Below are positions 24,883 to 37,981 of a DNA stretch of 64,000 bases, piece by piece. This DNA is from Octopus vulgaris. Taxonomy: Eukaryota. The stretch covers positions 24,242,001 through 24,306,000 of the forward strand of contig OX597817.1 of the NCBI GenBank assembly GCA_951406725.2. Reading direction: 5' to 3'. A model generated the notes under the pieces. That model searched no databases. It was given only the letters and a program-made list of their open reading frames with translations, and was not told where the DNA came from. The translations under genes were made by a program, and so were the position numbers. Numbering within the stretch: the first letter of the stretch is position 1; each line of letters opens with the position of its first letter.

Positions 24883-25066
24883 TAAGTTTAAATTATTAAT
24901 TTAAATAATGAAAAAATTATTTTAAAATTTTAACTTTTATTTAAATATTTTAATTGGATTTTTATATTTTATATTTTTTATATATATTTTTTAATTAATT
25001 TTATTTCTATGTATTGGCTTATGATTTTCACTGTTTGATTTGCCTAATATTGGTTTTATCTCTAAT

Positions 25067-25105
<39 letters not shown>

Positions 25106-26006
25106 GTAGAAAATATTTTAGTGGGGAAACATGTGGTGGATATAAATAGAGAAAGAAAAAAGATGAAAAAAACTGAGAAGATTTGTTTTACAGGATTTAA
25201 GAGTATGTTTGAGACATGATAATAAAGATATTACGTAATTTTGTATAAATAAGGTTTTGTTCTTTTAACATATATGCATATGTATGTATATATGTATTTA
25301 TGCCATGCTGTGGGTTCTCAGTTTCGTGGTGGTATTGTAGGGATACTGTTGTGACATGTGGTATGTCTTAGGAAGAGACAGATTAAAGAAGAAAGAATTA
25401 GAAAGACAGGAATCTACTCAAGCACAGAACTGAGCCTAAAAAGAAGAAAAGCAATGCTGACTTCAGCAGGATTTAAAATTAGAGAGTAGAGATCCACAAG
25501 AATTGATGTTGATGAGGATAATGGTAGTACTTCTGTTACTGCTGCTGCTGATAATATGTGCATGTGTGTATATGTATGTGTGTGCATTTGAAACAATTGA
25601 TTTGTTCTGTAATAATTTACTCAACATCTAGTGCATGTCACCATGATGGCATTCTCTATCATTGAAAGAAGCAATTTCAGAAACACCTGCTCTGTAATTC
25701 TAGCCATCAACACTAAGTGCTTCTGCATGGTTGTTCAGTCTGCTAGAAATAGCAACTACATCATTTTTGATGATACCTTACTACCATAAGAAATATGAAA
25801 CATGGCACAGTGTATTCCCAGAGATATAAAAAAATTTGATTGTGTGCTTCTGATCATAGATCTGTTTAATTCAAATTGATCTGAAGTGAATCTAACAATT
25901 TACAATCCTTATCTCTCTCCTCATAAAATTTGATTTGTTTATGAAACAGAAAAAGTCTTGCCTGTTATCTACCATAAACCCTTCAATTAGTCCATGGTCA
26001 TTAATC

Positions 26007-26438
26007 TGTAGTGACACCGTCTTGGAAATCTCCAGTATGCATGTGCAGAGTTGGAATCTTCCAGAAGGCCTATCCAGAAGTTCCCTCATGCGCATGTGCA
26101 GAAAACTAGCAGCAGCAAAATTCTCTTGTATCTCTCTTTTTGATGCTAGCAGCTGAATGATACAGATGTGTCTCCAGGAGCTCTCTTAAGCTGCTACCTC
26201 GTGGTGCATCCCTGCTATGCTTGAATGAGCAAGATTGACTCACTCCACTAGACTACTGCTGATAAGCTCCTAGGTTGCCGATTTGCCCAGAGGAATGAAA
26301 TGTTTATATTGCAAATCAAAGAATAAATATTTATACTGTTGAAGTTAATGGAAAATCTTGACTCTTTCTTCAATTAATATTTGATGTAAAGGATGCGAGC
26401 AGCACCTATCCAGTGCGGAAATCTCTCATCCTGTTACA
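26007..26438 (+). mobile_element. Solo LTR
   Basis: TGTAG...TTACA termini, 4-bp TSD AATC, internal AATAAA; an inverted homolog lies at 49285-49714. Confidence 0.85.
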
Positions 26439-26915
26439 AATCTATGACTAATTGCACTGTAATTTCATTAATTTAGAATGAGCACCTGCTTAGTATCATA
26501 CCAAAACTATAAGCTATAATTCACATTAAATATACGTTCCAAACTTATGACATACAACATACAGAATAAGTCCTTTGTCTTTCTAGCATTATGAATTGAA
26601 AAAAATCTAGTATTTCATTTTCTTGATCTAGTGAAAGAGACTATTCCTTGCCCCCCTCACAGGCTATCCAAAATAGATGAGATTCATGTATTTCTCTTGA
26701 ATATGGAAAAACTGCTCAATTAGTATTTGAAGGGAGTCAGATGAGCTGAATGGCAATATGGTTAAGAGGTTCTTTTTGCAGGATCGTTGCTAGGTTTGAC
26801 TGCACTGCATAACTTTTTGGTCAAGTTTTTCCCACTACAGCTCTGATATGACAAATGCATTGTGAGTGAAAATTGATGGAACAGAGACTACTCAGAAATG
26901 TGTCATATGCATTCA

Positions 26916-27060
26916 TACAAGGTCTGACCAAAAACATATTGGGACTGGTGCTGTTAAAGGAAAATTACAATTTGGCAATTAATCTCCTTTGAAGTAGTCC
27001 CCCTTCTGAAATCATACACTTTATCCAGAATCGTTACCATTGATGGAAGCATGGCTGTTT
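26916..27060 (-). mobile_element. Mariner 3' end
   Basis: FWIKCMISEG..DYFKGD* on the minus strand; related to 13846-14011. Confidence 0.6.
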
Positions 27061-27383
27061 TCAAAAAGTGTTTGTCTTTCTCATAAAAATCAAAGAGATA
27101 TTTTACGGCTGAAACCCATTAATCTTTCTGTGATGACCACACTCTACGCACTTCACTTCCAAACACTGCTATAAACAACAGAAGTATGTGAGAACGTTAT
27201 AACTTAAGCTGCATAGATGACAGAATTCAAGTACTCTGCAACAGCCCTGAATTCAAGTACCATAGCAACAGCCACAATACTTTTTGATCAGACAACACAT
27301 AGGTAGGTAGATAGATATACATAAATATGTATATATATGTACACGCACACACACACACACACACATATATATACACACACATT

Positions 27384-27416
<33 letters not shown>

Positions 27417-27664
27417 GAGTACATGCTTGGGTATAAGTCTTTGGTTTCACAAATATTTGCTTTGACATTGCTTGAGTTGTAAAGGCATATTTAAGTTCAC
27501 TTTAACTAAAAAATATCTAACAACATGGTAGCTTGGTGTGTAAGAACGTACAACAAAGAAACTTACTCTGAAACAGATAAGAAACGGTGTAAGGAAGAGC
27601 ATCCACGCATAATATGATACCTCAAAAATTCCTCCCTGAACCATGCAAGCATAGAAAAAGTTAA

Positions 27665-28058
27665 CTCTTTTACTTGTTTCAGTCATTTGACTGCGGCCAT
27701 GCTGGAGCACCGCCTTTAGTCGAGCAAATCAACCCCGGGACTTATTCTTTGTAAGCCCAATACTTATCCTATCGGTCTCTTTTGCCGAACCGCTAAGTAA
27801 TGGGGACGTAAACACACCAGCATCGGTTGTCAAGCAATGCTAGGGGGACAAACACAGACACACAAACACACACACATACATACATATATATACATATATA
27901 CGATGGGCTTCTTTCAGTTTCCGTCTACCAAATCCACTCACAAGGCATTGGTCGGCCCGGGGCTATAGCAGAAGACACTTGCCCAAGATGCCACGCAGTG
28001 GGACTAAACCCGGAACCATGTGGTTGGTTAGCAAGCTACTTACCACGCAGCCACTCCT
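27665..28058 (-). mobile_element. SINE family B, full length
   Basis: Same as 10880-11283. Confidence 0.85.
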
Positions 28059-30189
28059 GGTGATAACAATGATAAACGAAATTGATAATGACTTTGCAGT
28101 CATTAGAGTGCCAGACAAATTGCCTTGTAGTATTTACTTTCAACACTTTTCATTCTCTATTCAAATCCTACCAAAGTAAACTTTGTTTTTGTTAGTCAAT
28201 ATTTGTCAATATCAGAAAACAATATTTTTACTCAGGTCTATGAGTGCAAGTTTTACTTTTGTCTCAAATGCATGCAGCTCTTTTTTTTTTAACCATTTTT
28301 ATCATAATGAAAAATAAATTCTTGTTAGATAGTGGCGTCTTTTCGAGCACTGAAACTGAATTCTGATGTTTCAGTTTCACTTATCTATTTGGGAGTGGAG
28401 AGGAGGAATTTCTTTGAAGTTGTTTAACGAAACCTTGGGAAATTATCCTGATCATTTTTGTTTAATCATTCTTTAGCAAGATTGTTCGAGAGTCAGACAA
28501 ATTGCTTTACGGTGGCAATAAATAGAATCACTACAAATTGACTTCAAATCTTGCTCATTTCATCTTTATCTTCCTATGTTGATAGAATAACTGCCTGTCA
28601 AATACTTAGGTTGATATAAATAATTATACACACTCTCCTAAACATTTCTGGCCTCATGCACACATTTGAAACCATTATGTTCATGAGGCTTTCAATTTGA
28701 ATTCCATCATGATTGCTCTAAGGCCTTTTCTCAATGTATGTGTATACTCACAGCATGGCTGTGTGGTTAAGAAGTTTCTTCCCAACCACATTGTTTCACG
28801 TTCTCTCTCACTCTGTGGAACCATGAGGAAATACCTTCTAATATAACTTCAGGCTGACAAATGAATTTGGTTGGCAAAAACTGAAAAAGTGCTGATATAT
28901 GGGATTAATGTGTGTGGTGGTAGTGGTGGTGGTAGTTTTTGTGTGTGTGTGTGTTTGAGTCTCCCTATTTTGACATCACATGTTAGAAGTGTAACAAGTG
29001 TCATTGTCACACAAGCAATGTCTTTTGTTTCCAATCTTTCATGTAAATATGTTTAGTCACGAGAAAGTATTACTTTGCTGGGGAAACAGATGAGGATTAG
29101 CAAGAAGAAAGCCATCAAGCAATAGAAAATCTGCCTCAATGAATTCCATACAAGCATAAACAAATGGACGTTAAAATGATGATGATGATAAGCGCAATGA
29201 CACATGATGATGACGACAACAATGATGTTGATGATGATGATGACAGTACTTTATCTTATCAATTCACATCTCTGTGGCAACTGTAAAACCCCAAACCTTC
29301 ATCATCATCATCGTTTAACGTCCGATATCCATGCTAGCATGGGTTGGACGATTTGACTGAGATCTGGCGAACCAGATGGCTGCACCAGGCTCCAATAAAT
29401 CGATATAAGATCTAGAAATACTTTAAACATTATTGCTCAAACAAGTCTACAATCTCCTGGGATGTTTCTTTAATGACATTTGTTGTTGTCTAGATCCAAG
29501 TCACAGCTGATGAAGCAGATCAATGATCAAAAAGCTTCTAGTAATGTCTATCACATCTTTTACTCAGATGCACAATATCTAGGGCAAAATCATTTCATAT
29601 GTCCATCATTTTTTAAAAGACAATAGGGCATAATTGAAACGGATGTTCTCCTATTTCCTGCAGGTCAAGCAATCATGTGGGTTCTGCCTTGGTTTGCTTT
29701 AAAAAAAAATTGAGACATTAGTGTTGGTAGTGGTCTTGTCACTATTGAAGTTGTTATTGATTAAGCTGATATTCTTACATGTAATTAACAAGGTGAGTGA
29801 TTTATGAGAATTGTCTAAGCAATATAGAAACACATCATGGACATTGGCAGGATTTAGGCTTTATTTCGTTATTGAAATATTCACCGGAACTTTGACATCA
29901 ACTGTTCTTGTCTTTACTTCCATAATAAACTAATGCTAGCTTGAAGTCCTATAGAAATTACTAAAGATCTGATCCCTCACCCTGTTTTATGACCAATACA
30001 TACATGACTTGCTTACCACCCCATCTATAAACACACAACATCCCATTTAACTCTAGCTCTCCTATCTAACACACAGCTGCACAAATATTCCAATCACTTG
30101 AATCCAGGTCACCAAATTTTGTCTATATAAAATATCTACCAGTATGCACTTTGCCCTTCTTAGCATCAACAGCAAAGAACATCATATTC

Positions 30190-30465
30190 TTTTATTCTTT
30201 TACTTGTTTCAGTCATTTGACTGTGACCATGCTGGAGCACCACCTTTAGTCAAAGATATCAACCCCAAGACTTATTGTTTGTAAGCCTAGTACTTATTCT
30301 ATTGGTTTCTTTTGCCAAGCTGCGAAGTTACAGGGACATAAACACACCAACACCATTTTTAAAGCAGTGGTAGGGGACAAAAAAAGATACAAATACATAC
30401 ATACATACATACATACATACATACATAGATATATACATATATATATATATATATGTATATATATA

Positions 30466-30510
<45 letters not shown>

Positions 30511-30612
30511 GTACATATGACAGCTTCTTTCAGTTTCCATCTACCAAATCCACTCACAAGGCTTTGGTTGGCCTGAGGCTATAGTAGAAAACACTTGCCC
30601 AAGGTGCCAAGC
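30190..30612 (-). mobile_element. SINE family B
   Basis: Shared body with an expanded internal microsatellite. Confidence 0.8.
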
Positions 30613-32980
30613 AAAAAAAAAGAATACTAATTTTATGTATATAGCTCTATCACATTATTCACAGTAGCATATATAGAATGTATAACAAAGAAATTAGTGT
30701 CATTCATATACATTTTAGGTATCACATGTGGTCATAACAAAGAAATAATGTTAGCACATAAAAAAGGCATCAAATCCAATGTGAATTCAGTCAGAAACTG
30801 CAATTGTCCCACAATAAACTACAAATACAAAAACACATTTCCCATTATCTCTGGATTTCATCCGGACCAGATCCACAGACAACCTACTGAACAAATGAAA
30901 AATGCTCAAAATGAAAAGAAATCACCTGAAAATCCAAAGGAAATAGTTTGGTCTCAGCAACTTTCATTTCTCAAAGCCAATGGCAATACATGCATAATTA
31001 CCTTCAGATATGTAGGAATGTGTACAGCATCCTAGAAACACAACTATAGCATACTCTGAAACCATCATTTTCCCTATTCAGTTAACAGGAACATAAGGAC
31101 CAGATGCACAAGATTAGTAACAGTATCAATGACCTTGTGTTAGGATGCAGACCAACAATAATACACAGAGAAAGGACAACTGTTATACAGCTCATTAAAG
31201 TGATGCAAATAGTTTACTATTTAGTTGCTTTCTAAATACTCTGGTTATTTACACAAAAAATAGAACATGTCTTTAAAGATGTGGCGATTCCTATGCAGCC
31301 TTATAGCTAGATTCTCTGTAGCCAATAGAGGATAGATGAAAGATAGTTAAAGCTGAGAAATGGTTTTAGAAATTATATTTGATATATGAAAATGTAAGTA
31401 TGGACAGTGATAACAGTAATTTAATTATAATACTTCTCTTATTTTCTTCTACATACCTTCAAAGTGAAGACCACTTCTTGAGTAGTTTTGCCATAATTCA
31501 AAGTGGTTACATCAAATTTATACTTTCAAAGGTCATGAAGTACAGGTGTGAAGTTGATAGTTATTCATACGTAGAAAAATTTATGTTTCATACACAACGT
31601 AAATAAAAGTAAAATTTATATAAATCATGTTGAAAAAAAGAGAAAATATTATATGTATGTTCCAAAATCAAATTTTCTTTCGTATATCACACCTGGTACA
31701 AGTGGATAATGTTTCTAAGGTAAAAGCAGAAAAAATAGATAAATAAACATACTTTGTATGGCAAACTGGCTGAAAATGCGATTCAGCAACCTGACTGCTC
31801 ATTCATCTTAAATGTGTCTTGTACTTTAAGACAACTTAAATGTGAGAGAAGTGGACAAAAAAAACTGATTCTGTTTTAGGGTATTGCTAATGAGTTCTGG
31901 TTGGGAAGAGGGCAAAGCATAAGTTTGCTGTCATTCTGCAAAGGCAAGAATATAGAGCAAAAAGAAGATTCTCTTGAGTTTTATGACTAAAATGACTAAG
32001 AAAATATTCTTTCCCATCACCTAATAACTCTAGTGAAAACTATGAACTATAAAATCTTTAACTGATGCATAAAACATTGAAACTACTTGCTATGTGTTAT
32101 TTATAATGTTCAACCAATCTAATCTAAAATCTAGATGTACAAATTTTCTTTCCAAGATGGCAAACGATGAAGTGATCTTTCCTGCTTGAAAACTAGGAAT
32201 GAAAAGAAAATCTTAAAAATTTACTTCATTTGTTAACTGAGAATACTGGAAAAAATTTGCTCACTTCCAAGGAAAGAAAATAAACAGCAAAATGTAAAAA
32301 ATTGTACAAACTCTTTAGAGATAATACTGTAGAATCAACAACAAAACCCAAGTCTCTATGCACGATCCAAGACTTGAACTGCTAGAAATAGCAACCAAAT
32401 TACTTTCAGTTCACACTGTAACATCTTATAAGAGGAAAGAATGTAGCAGATAATAAAATAAAAATCAAAATATGTTAAATCTAATAAAAAGAAAAACAAA
32501 TATGATTGTAATTTCAAGAATGTCTTTCATCATTTTAATTTCAAGAATGCATTTGGCCAGGAGAGGCTTTGAACCAAACTATAATTAAAATTATCTGCTA
32601 TTGTTATTGTTTAAGCCCAGGTTAGCTCTAATGTAGCAGATCTGTGATCAAAGGCATTCCAGCTTGCCGGTCTCATTTTTACATATGTTTAAAACTGCTT
32701 TGTTAAATGCACTCTTTCTATTTTTAAGATAAATGGGTACAATTTGATAGATATTTGATAGCTATTTCTAACATATTATGTGGCGATGTAAAAGTTCTAT
32801 TTTGACCGAAATATCAATTAATGCGACTAATCCTATCGGGGGCGGGGGGGGGGAGCATAAATTGGTTTAATTGTTAATGTAAGTCATTTGTCACTTTACT
32901 TTCAATGTTTTTCTCACATTTTGCCAGTAACAGTCTTGCTTATATAAAGACATTTATTCATTAACTAAATTTTACTGAAT

Positions 32981-33020
<40 letters not shown>

Positions 33021-33023
<3 letters not shown>

Positions 33024-33349
33024 GCATGGCTCAGTGGTTAGGGCGTCGAGCTTACGATCGTGAGGTTGTGAGCTCGAATCCCGGACCGGGCTGCGTGTTG
33101 TGTTCTTGAGCAAGGCACTTTATTTCACGTTGCTCCAGTTCACTCAGCTGTAGAAATGAGTTGCGACGTCACTGGTGCCAAGCTGTATCGACCTTTGTCT
33201 TTCCCTTGGGTAACACTGGTGGCGTGGAGAGGGGAGGCTGGTATGCATGGGCGACTGCTGGTCTTCTATAAACAACCTTGCCCGGACTTGTGTCTAGGAG
33301 AGTAACTTTCTAGGTGCAATCCCATGGTCATTCATGACCGAAGGGGGTC
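33021..33349 (+). mobile_element. tRNA-derived SINE family E
   Basis: GGCGCATGGCTCAGTGGTTAGGGCG...GCTCGAATCCC head; near-identical copy at 42655-42976 and an older copy at 40113-40460. Confidence 0.85.
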
Positions 33350-33526
33350 AGAATATATATAAATAGATGAGTGTATTTTTCCCTTGTTAACAATTAACAC
33401 GGGAAAAATAGGTAAATAGTTACCAGGGTAGCAAAATATCACACAAGTAGAGGTTGTAACCCCTTGTTATTAAAGGTAGAAACTTGCAGTTTACGTTAAA
33501 CTCCATTTATTTATTTATGTATATAT

Positions 33527-33905
33527 ACTCTTTTACTTGCTTCAGTCATTTGACTGCGGCCTTGCTGGAGCACCACCTTTAGTCGAGCAAATTGACCCCG
33601 GGACTTATTCTTTGTAAGCCCAGTACTTATCCTATCGGTCTCTTTTGCCGAACCGCTAAGTGACGGGGACGTAAACACACCAGCATTGGTTGTCAAGCAA
33701 TGCCAGGGGCACAAACACAGACACAAACACACACACATACATATATACGACAGGCTTCTTTCAGTTTCCGTCTACCAAATCCACTCACAAGGCATTGGTC
33801 GGCCTGAGGCTATAGCAAAAGACACTTGCCCAAGATGCCATGCAGTGGGACTGAACCCGGAACCATGCAGTTGGTTAGCAAGCTACTTACCACACATCCA
33901 CTCCT
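33527..33905 (-). mobile_element. SINE family B, full length
   Basis: Same as 27665-28058. Confidence 0.85.
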
Positions 33906-33908
33906 GCA

Positions 33909-33952
<44 letters not shown>

Positions 33953-34033
33953 ACCATCTGGTTCGCCAGACCTCAGTCAAATCATCCATCCCATTCTAGC
34001 ATGGTAAGCAGACGTTAAACAATGATGATGATG

Positions 34034-34071
<38 letters not shown>

Positions 34072-34115
34072 GAAAGTATTGTAGTTCACTTGAAGCATTG
34101 TGCATTGTTTGTAAA

Positions 34116-34394
34116 GAATATAAAGTTTTGAATGGTACAACAATGCACTATAATAATGACAATGGGCTATTCACCTGTTGTAATTTTGGTATCCATAGTC
34201 TGATATGATATTTCGGAATAATATTCCTTCTTCAGATATTCTTAGATGGAGTAGCGGTGACTCCATCTTAGAATATCTGAAGAAGGAATATTATTCCGAA
34301 ATATCATATCAGACTATGGATAGCAAAATTACAACAGGTGAATAGCCCATTGTCTATATTATAGTGCATTGTTGAACCATTCAAAACTATATTC
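34116..34394. repeat. Near-perfect ~137-bp-arm palindrome carrying a hammerhead on each strand
   Basis: Arms fold around the 7-nt loop AGCGGTG (34253-34259). Confidence 0.9.
34273..34309 (+). ncRNA. Minimal hammerhead ribozyme motif (mirror copy at 34203-34239, minus)
   Basis: AUAU-CUGAAGA-A-GGAAU AUU AUUCC-GAAA-UA-UC^AUAU: palindromic AUAU stem III and an AUC site. Confidence 0.7.
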
Positions 34395-34733
34395 GACTGG
34401 CTTCTGTGCCGGTGGCACATAAAAATCACCATCCGAACGTGGCTGATGCTAGCGCCGCCTTGACTGGCTTCTGTGCCAGTGGCATGTTAAAAGCACCAAC
34501 TGATCGTGGCCGATGCCAGACTCCCCTGGAACCTGTGCCGGTGGCACGTAAAAAGCACCCACTACACTCGCAGAGTGGTTGGTGTTGGCAAGGGCATCCA
34601 GCTGTAGAAATACTGCCAGATCAGACTGGAGCCTGGTGCAGCCCCTGGCTTCCCAGACACCGGTCGAACCGTCCAACCCGTGCTAGCGCGGAAAACGGAC
34701 GTTAAACGATGATGATGATGGTGATGATGATGA
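34395..34733 (+). mobile_element. RTE LINE 3' tail
   Basis: Three GTGCC(G/A)GTGGCA units, the conserved tail and (GAT)n. Confidence 0.85.
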
Positions 34734-35451
34734 TATATGGTTAAATTTCAAGCGTGATTCTGGTTGGAAGCCATTTTTAATTTGAATGGCAGAAGTTGAT
34801 TGTTATTACTGTAAGGTGGGCTGCAATTGGTTGAGGAAGGTCGCACAATGTCATGGTTTGATGTTGGTATATAGGTAACAGTTAGCTGGAAAATACCGCA
34901 TGGTGAACAGGAAACTGACCATGTGGAGGACTGGAAATAGACCATGTGGCAATTAGAAATCAGTTAGGTTGTTGGCAGAGAACAAAGAAGAGGCAACATG
35001 TGCAAGTATATAGTTCTTTTTGTGGGTGTGTAGATGCACTCATATAGTTTTGCATGCCTGTGTATATTGATGTGTGTGCATCTGTACATGGGTGTGCATG
35101 TTCACATCTATGCATACACACACACACATGCACATACATGCAAATTCATTCATGAGTATATATGTGCAAAACAAATGCTGGGGATTATATATATATATAT
35201 AATCGTGTATATAATTATATAATATTTTGTATAATTTACCTAAAAAGGTTTTTTTCAATGTACTGACTACTTGGTAAAATTATTAATTGATTAACTTTAC
35301 CCTATATTATTATTAAAATTATGATTTACTCCATGATTGAAACTGCTGTTTTTCTGCCGGATAGGTCATAACACACACGTAGGTATAAAAGACAAATAAA
35401 TATGTATCATATTTGGCTGTATTTTTTTGGGAGTGCAGTTAGTTAGTTAAT

Positions 35452-35778
35452 TTTTTTGGCTCAAAAAGCAAAAAGCAAGGCCATGTAGGGGGACATGGAA
35501 TTATGTACAGGGTGGTGTTCATGTAAAGAGTTCAGGCCACTTGTGGTCAAGGGAGACTTTGAACCGAGCGGTTGTCGGTATCTTCACTATCTCGTCTGGC
35601 AGCTTATTCCATGGATCCGCAACTCGGACGGAGAAAGCCCCTCTCCTTCGATCGCGATGAAATTGTCGCAGATAGAGCTTTTCAGAATGACCCCGCAGCC
35701 GACGCTCTGGAGCAGGAGTGAAGAACAGCTCTTTCGAGAGGTTACACTTTCCGCTTATGATGTTGTGAGCAATGCTTG
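35452..35778 (-). mobile_element. CR1-type LINE 3' end
   Basis: RRLRGHSEKLYLRQFHRDRRRG.FSVRVADPWNKLPDEIV matches the CR1/L2 ORF2 C-terminal RGH..KL...FS.RV...WN.LP motif. Confidence 0.8.
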
Positions 35779-35826
35779 ATCACATACATATTTAATCCTA
35801 ACACTTGCAAATTTATAACTCAGAGT

Positions 35827-35888
35827 ATCACACTGAGGAGAATAATAGGTAAATATAATTTACTTTAAATTTGAAACACGTTGGTGAT
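35827..35888 (+). ncRNA. Hammerhead ribozyme-like motif with an extended stem II
   Basis: AUCACA-CUGAGGA-GAAU..AGGUAAAU AUA AUUUACUU..AUUU-GAAA-C AC G-UU^GGUGAU; one mismatch at the base of stem I. Confidence 0.55.
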
Positions 35889-36054
35889 TAACCGGTCGTG
35901 TGAATTCATCATTTTCTTTTAACCTACATAAAAAGTGTATTATTGTCTCGGAGATTTTTAAGGTAGTTGAAAAGACATTAGCATCTATTTCTAATTCAGT
36001 ACATGGCGAGGCACTTAGCTGATCCCTGATTATAATTATGTATATAATTATAGA

Positions 36055-36093
<39 letters not shown>

Positions 36094-36104
36094 GTATATA
36101 TATG

Positions 36105-36505
36105 TGACCGCATGTGTATTGTTGCCGATTTTTTTTCCTCCGGCTTCCCTTCATTGGATCTTTCCTTTTTCTATGTTTCTGACAAAGATCCCCGCTTGAA
36201 ATATTAAATTCTCCTTCTTTCTTTCCTTTCCTGAGCATCCAATAACACTATACTTGCTTCACATCCTCGCATTGTTGTGTTTTTTCTTCGTGTTTTCATA
36301 TTTGGTGTTGGCGATTTTTTTCCTCTGTCTTTCTTTCTCTGGTTCTTTCCTTCTCCTATATTTCCGACAAAGAGCTCCGCTCGAAACGTTAAACCCTCCT
36401 TCTTTCATTCTTTCCTGAGCGTCCAATAATACTATATTTGTTCCACGTCCTCGCGTTGTTGTGTTTTTTTGTGCTTTCTTGTTTGGATTAACTTTATATT
36501 TATAT
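36105..36505 (+). repeat. Tandem dimer (~185-bp period), each unit with a decayed hammerhead
   Basis: CTGACAA-AGATC CCC GCTT-GAAA at 36179 and CCGACAA-A-GAGC TCC GCTC-GAAACGTT^AAAC at 36364. Confidence 0.65.
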
Positions 36506-37950
36506 CTATATTGTTTCTGAATACCCTTTCTCAACAAGTCTTTACTCTCATTATTTCTTTAGGAAGATAGACTTGATTATGGTTTAATAAATATTTGTAT
36601 AATTTCGTTGCTCACCCAGCTCACCAATAATGCAGTAGGCCTATGGTTAAAGACATTCCAACTATGATCATCTTATCTTTGTTTTCAGACATATTTATGT
36701 AGGACTGCACTGTTAAATATACCCTTCCTATTTCTATGACATCAAATTAAGATTTGAAAAGAATTTCATCGCAAAGGTAAAACAACCATATAAAAACATG
36801 GCCAACTTGTTAAGAAGTTTACTTTACAGTCTTGAGGTCTTGGGCTTAATTCTGATACATTATGGCACCTTAGAAAAATGTTTTCCATCTCAGCCTTCTA
36901 CTAACGTAAGCCTTGTGACTAAAAGTGAGTTGACAGAGACTGTGTAGAAGCCCATTGCATGCACTATATACCTGTAATTTACACAGCAATCCTTGTTACA
37001 TAATAATTTGGCTGTAAGAATTGCTAAAATATCTTCACAATTTCCACGAAAATTATAAAAGTATATATATATATATATAAATAAATGAAAGAATTATCCA
37101 AATTATCCATACTAGGATAATTCATTCAACTACTTATATATATATATATATATATATAAAATCAGGTAAAGAGTTGAAAGAGAACAACTTAAATCTAGTT
37201 TACTGTAAAATGTGACATTAACAGTTGATGATAGAACGATTAGAAATAAATGTCAATACAATACATTCCCCTATAATCCTTTCAGAAATAACTAAATTTA
37301 CAGGATCAACCAAGCAGAAATATATGGAGTAGGTATGTTAAGAAAGGAAGATATTTCTTTTAGATCTAAATAAAATTACCTTGAATATTTGCTTGAAAAT
37401 AAACTGAATAATTTAGTAAGTGGAGTACTTATCCCTTTTAGCATCACTACATAACAAATAGCACAATTGCTGAAGACTTGTTAAACTTCGAAATAAAAAC
37501 TATAACAAAATCTGATTAAGAGATAAAAGGAATAATTATAAAACCATAAAAATGACACCTGAAACCAATTATAACAGCAATAAAGTTGTAAATTTGAATG
37601 GTGATAATTATGATGATGATGACATTGATAACCATTATTAATTATGATAACTACAAATGAATAATGCAAGTGGTACTGCTATTATCATTAACATCTAATT
37701 GTAGCTATTTATATAGTTTTGTTGATATTTCAGGCTTGCATCATCATCGTCGTCGTCATCATCATCGTTGTCATCATCATAGTTAACATAATTATCATCG
37801 CCACCCACACTGCTGTCATTATTGTCATCAGTATTGTCATCAGCATCATTTATTATAAAACAGCAAATTACTATAAAACCTATGTTAATAATTTAGAACA
37901 AAAATTTGTGATTATGTTTTTGTTTAGTACAGCTTTTGTAGTTATTAATG

Positions 37951-37981
<31 letters not shown>

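Noticed and set aside
24340-25080. Large AT-rich quasi-palindrome around the Helitron
   Set aside because: Low-complexity A-rich versus T-rich tracts; specific pairing is not demonstrable.
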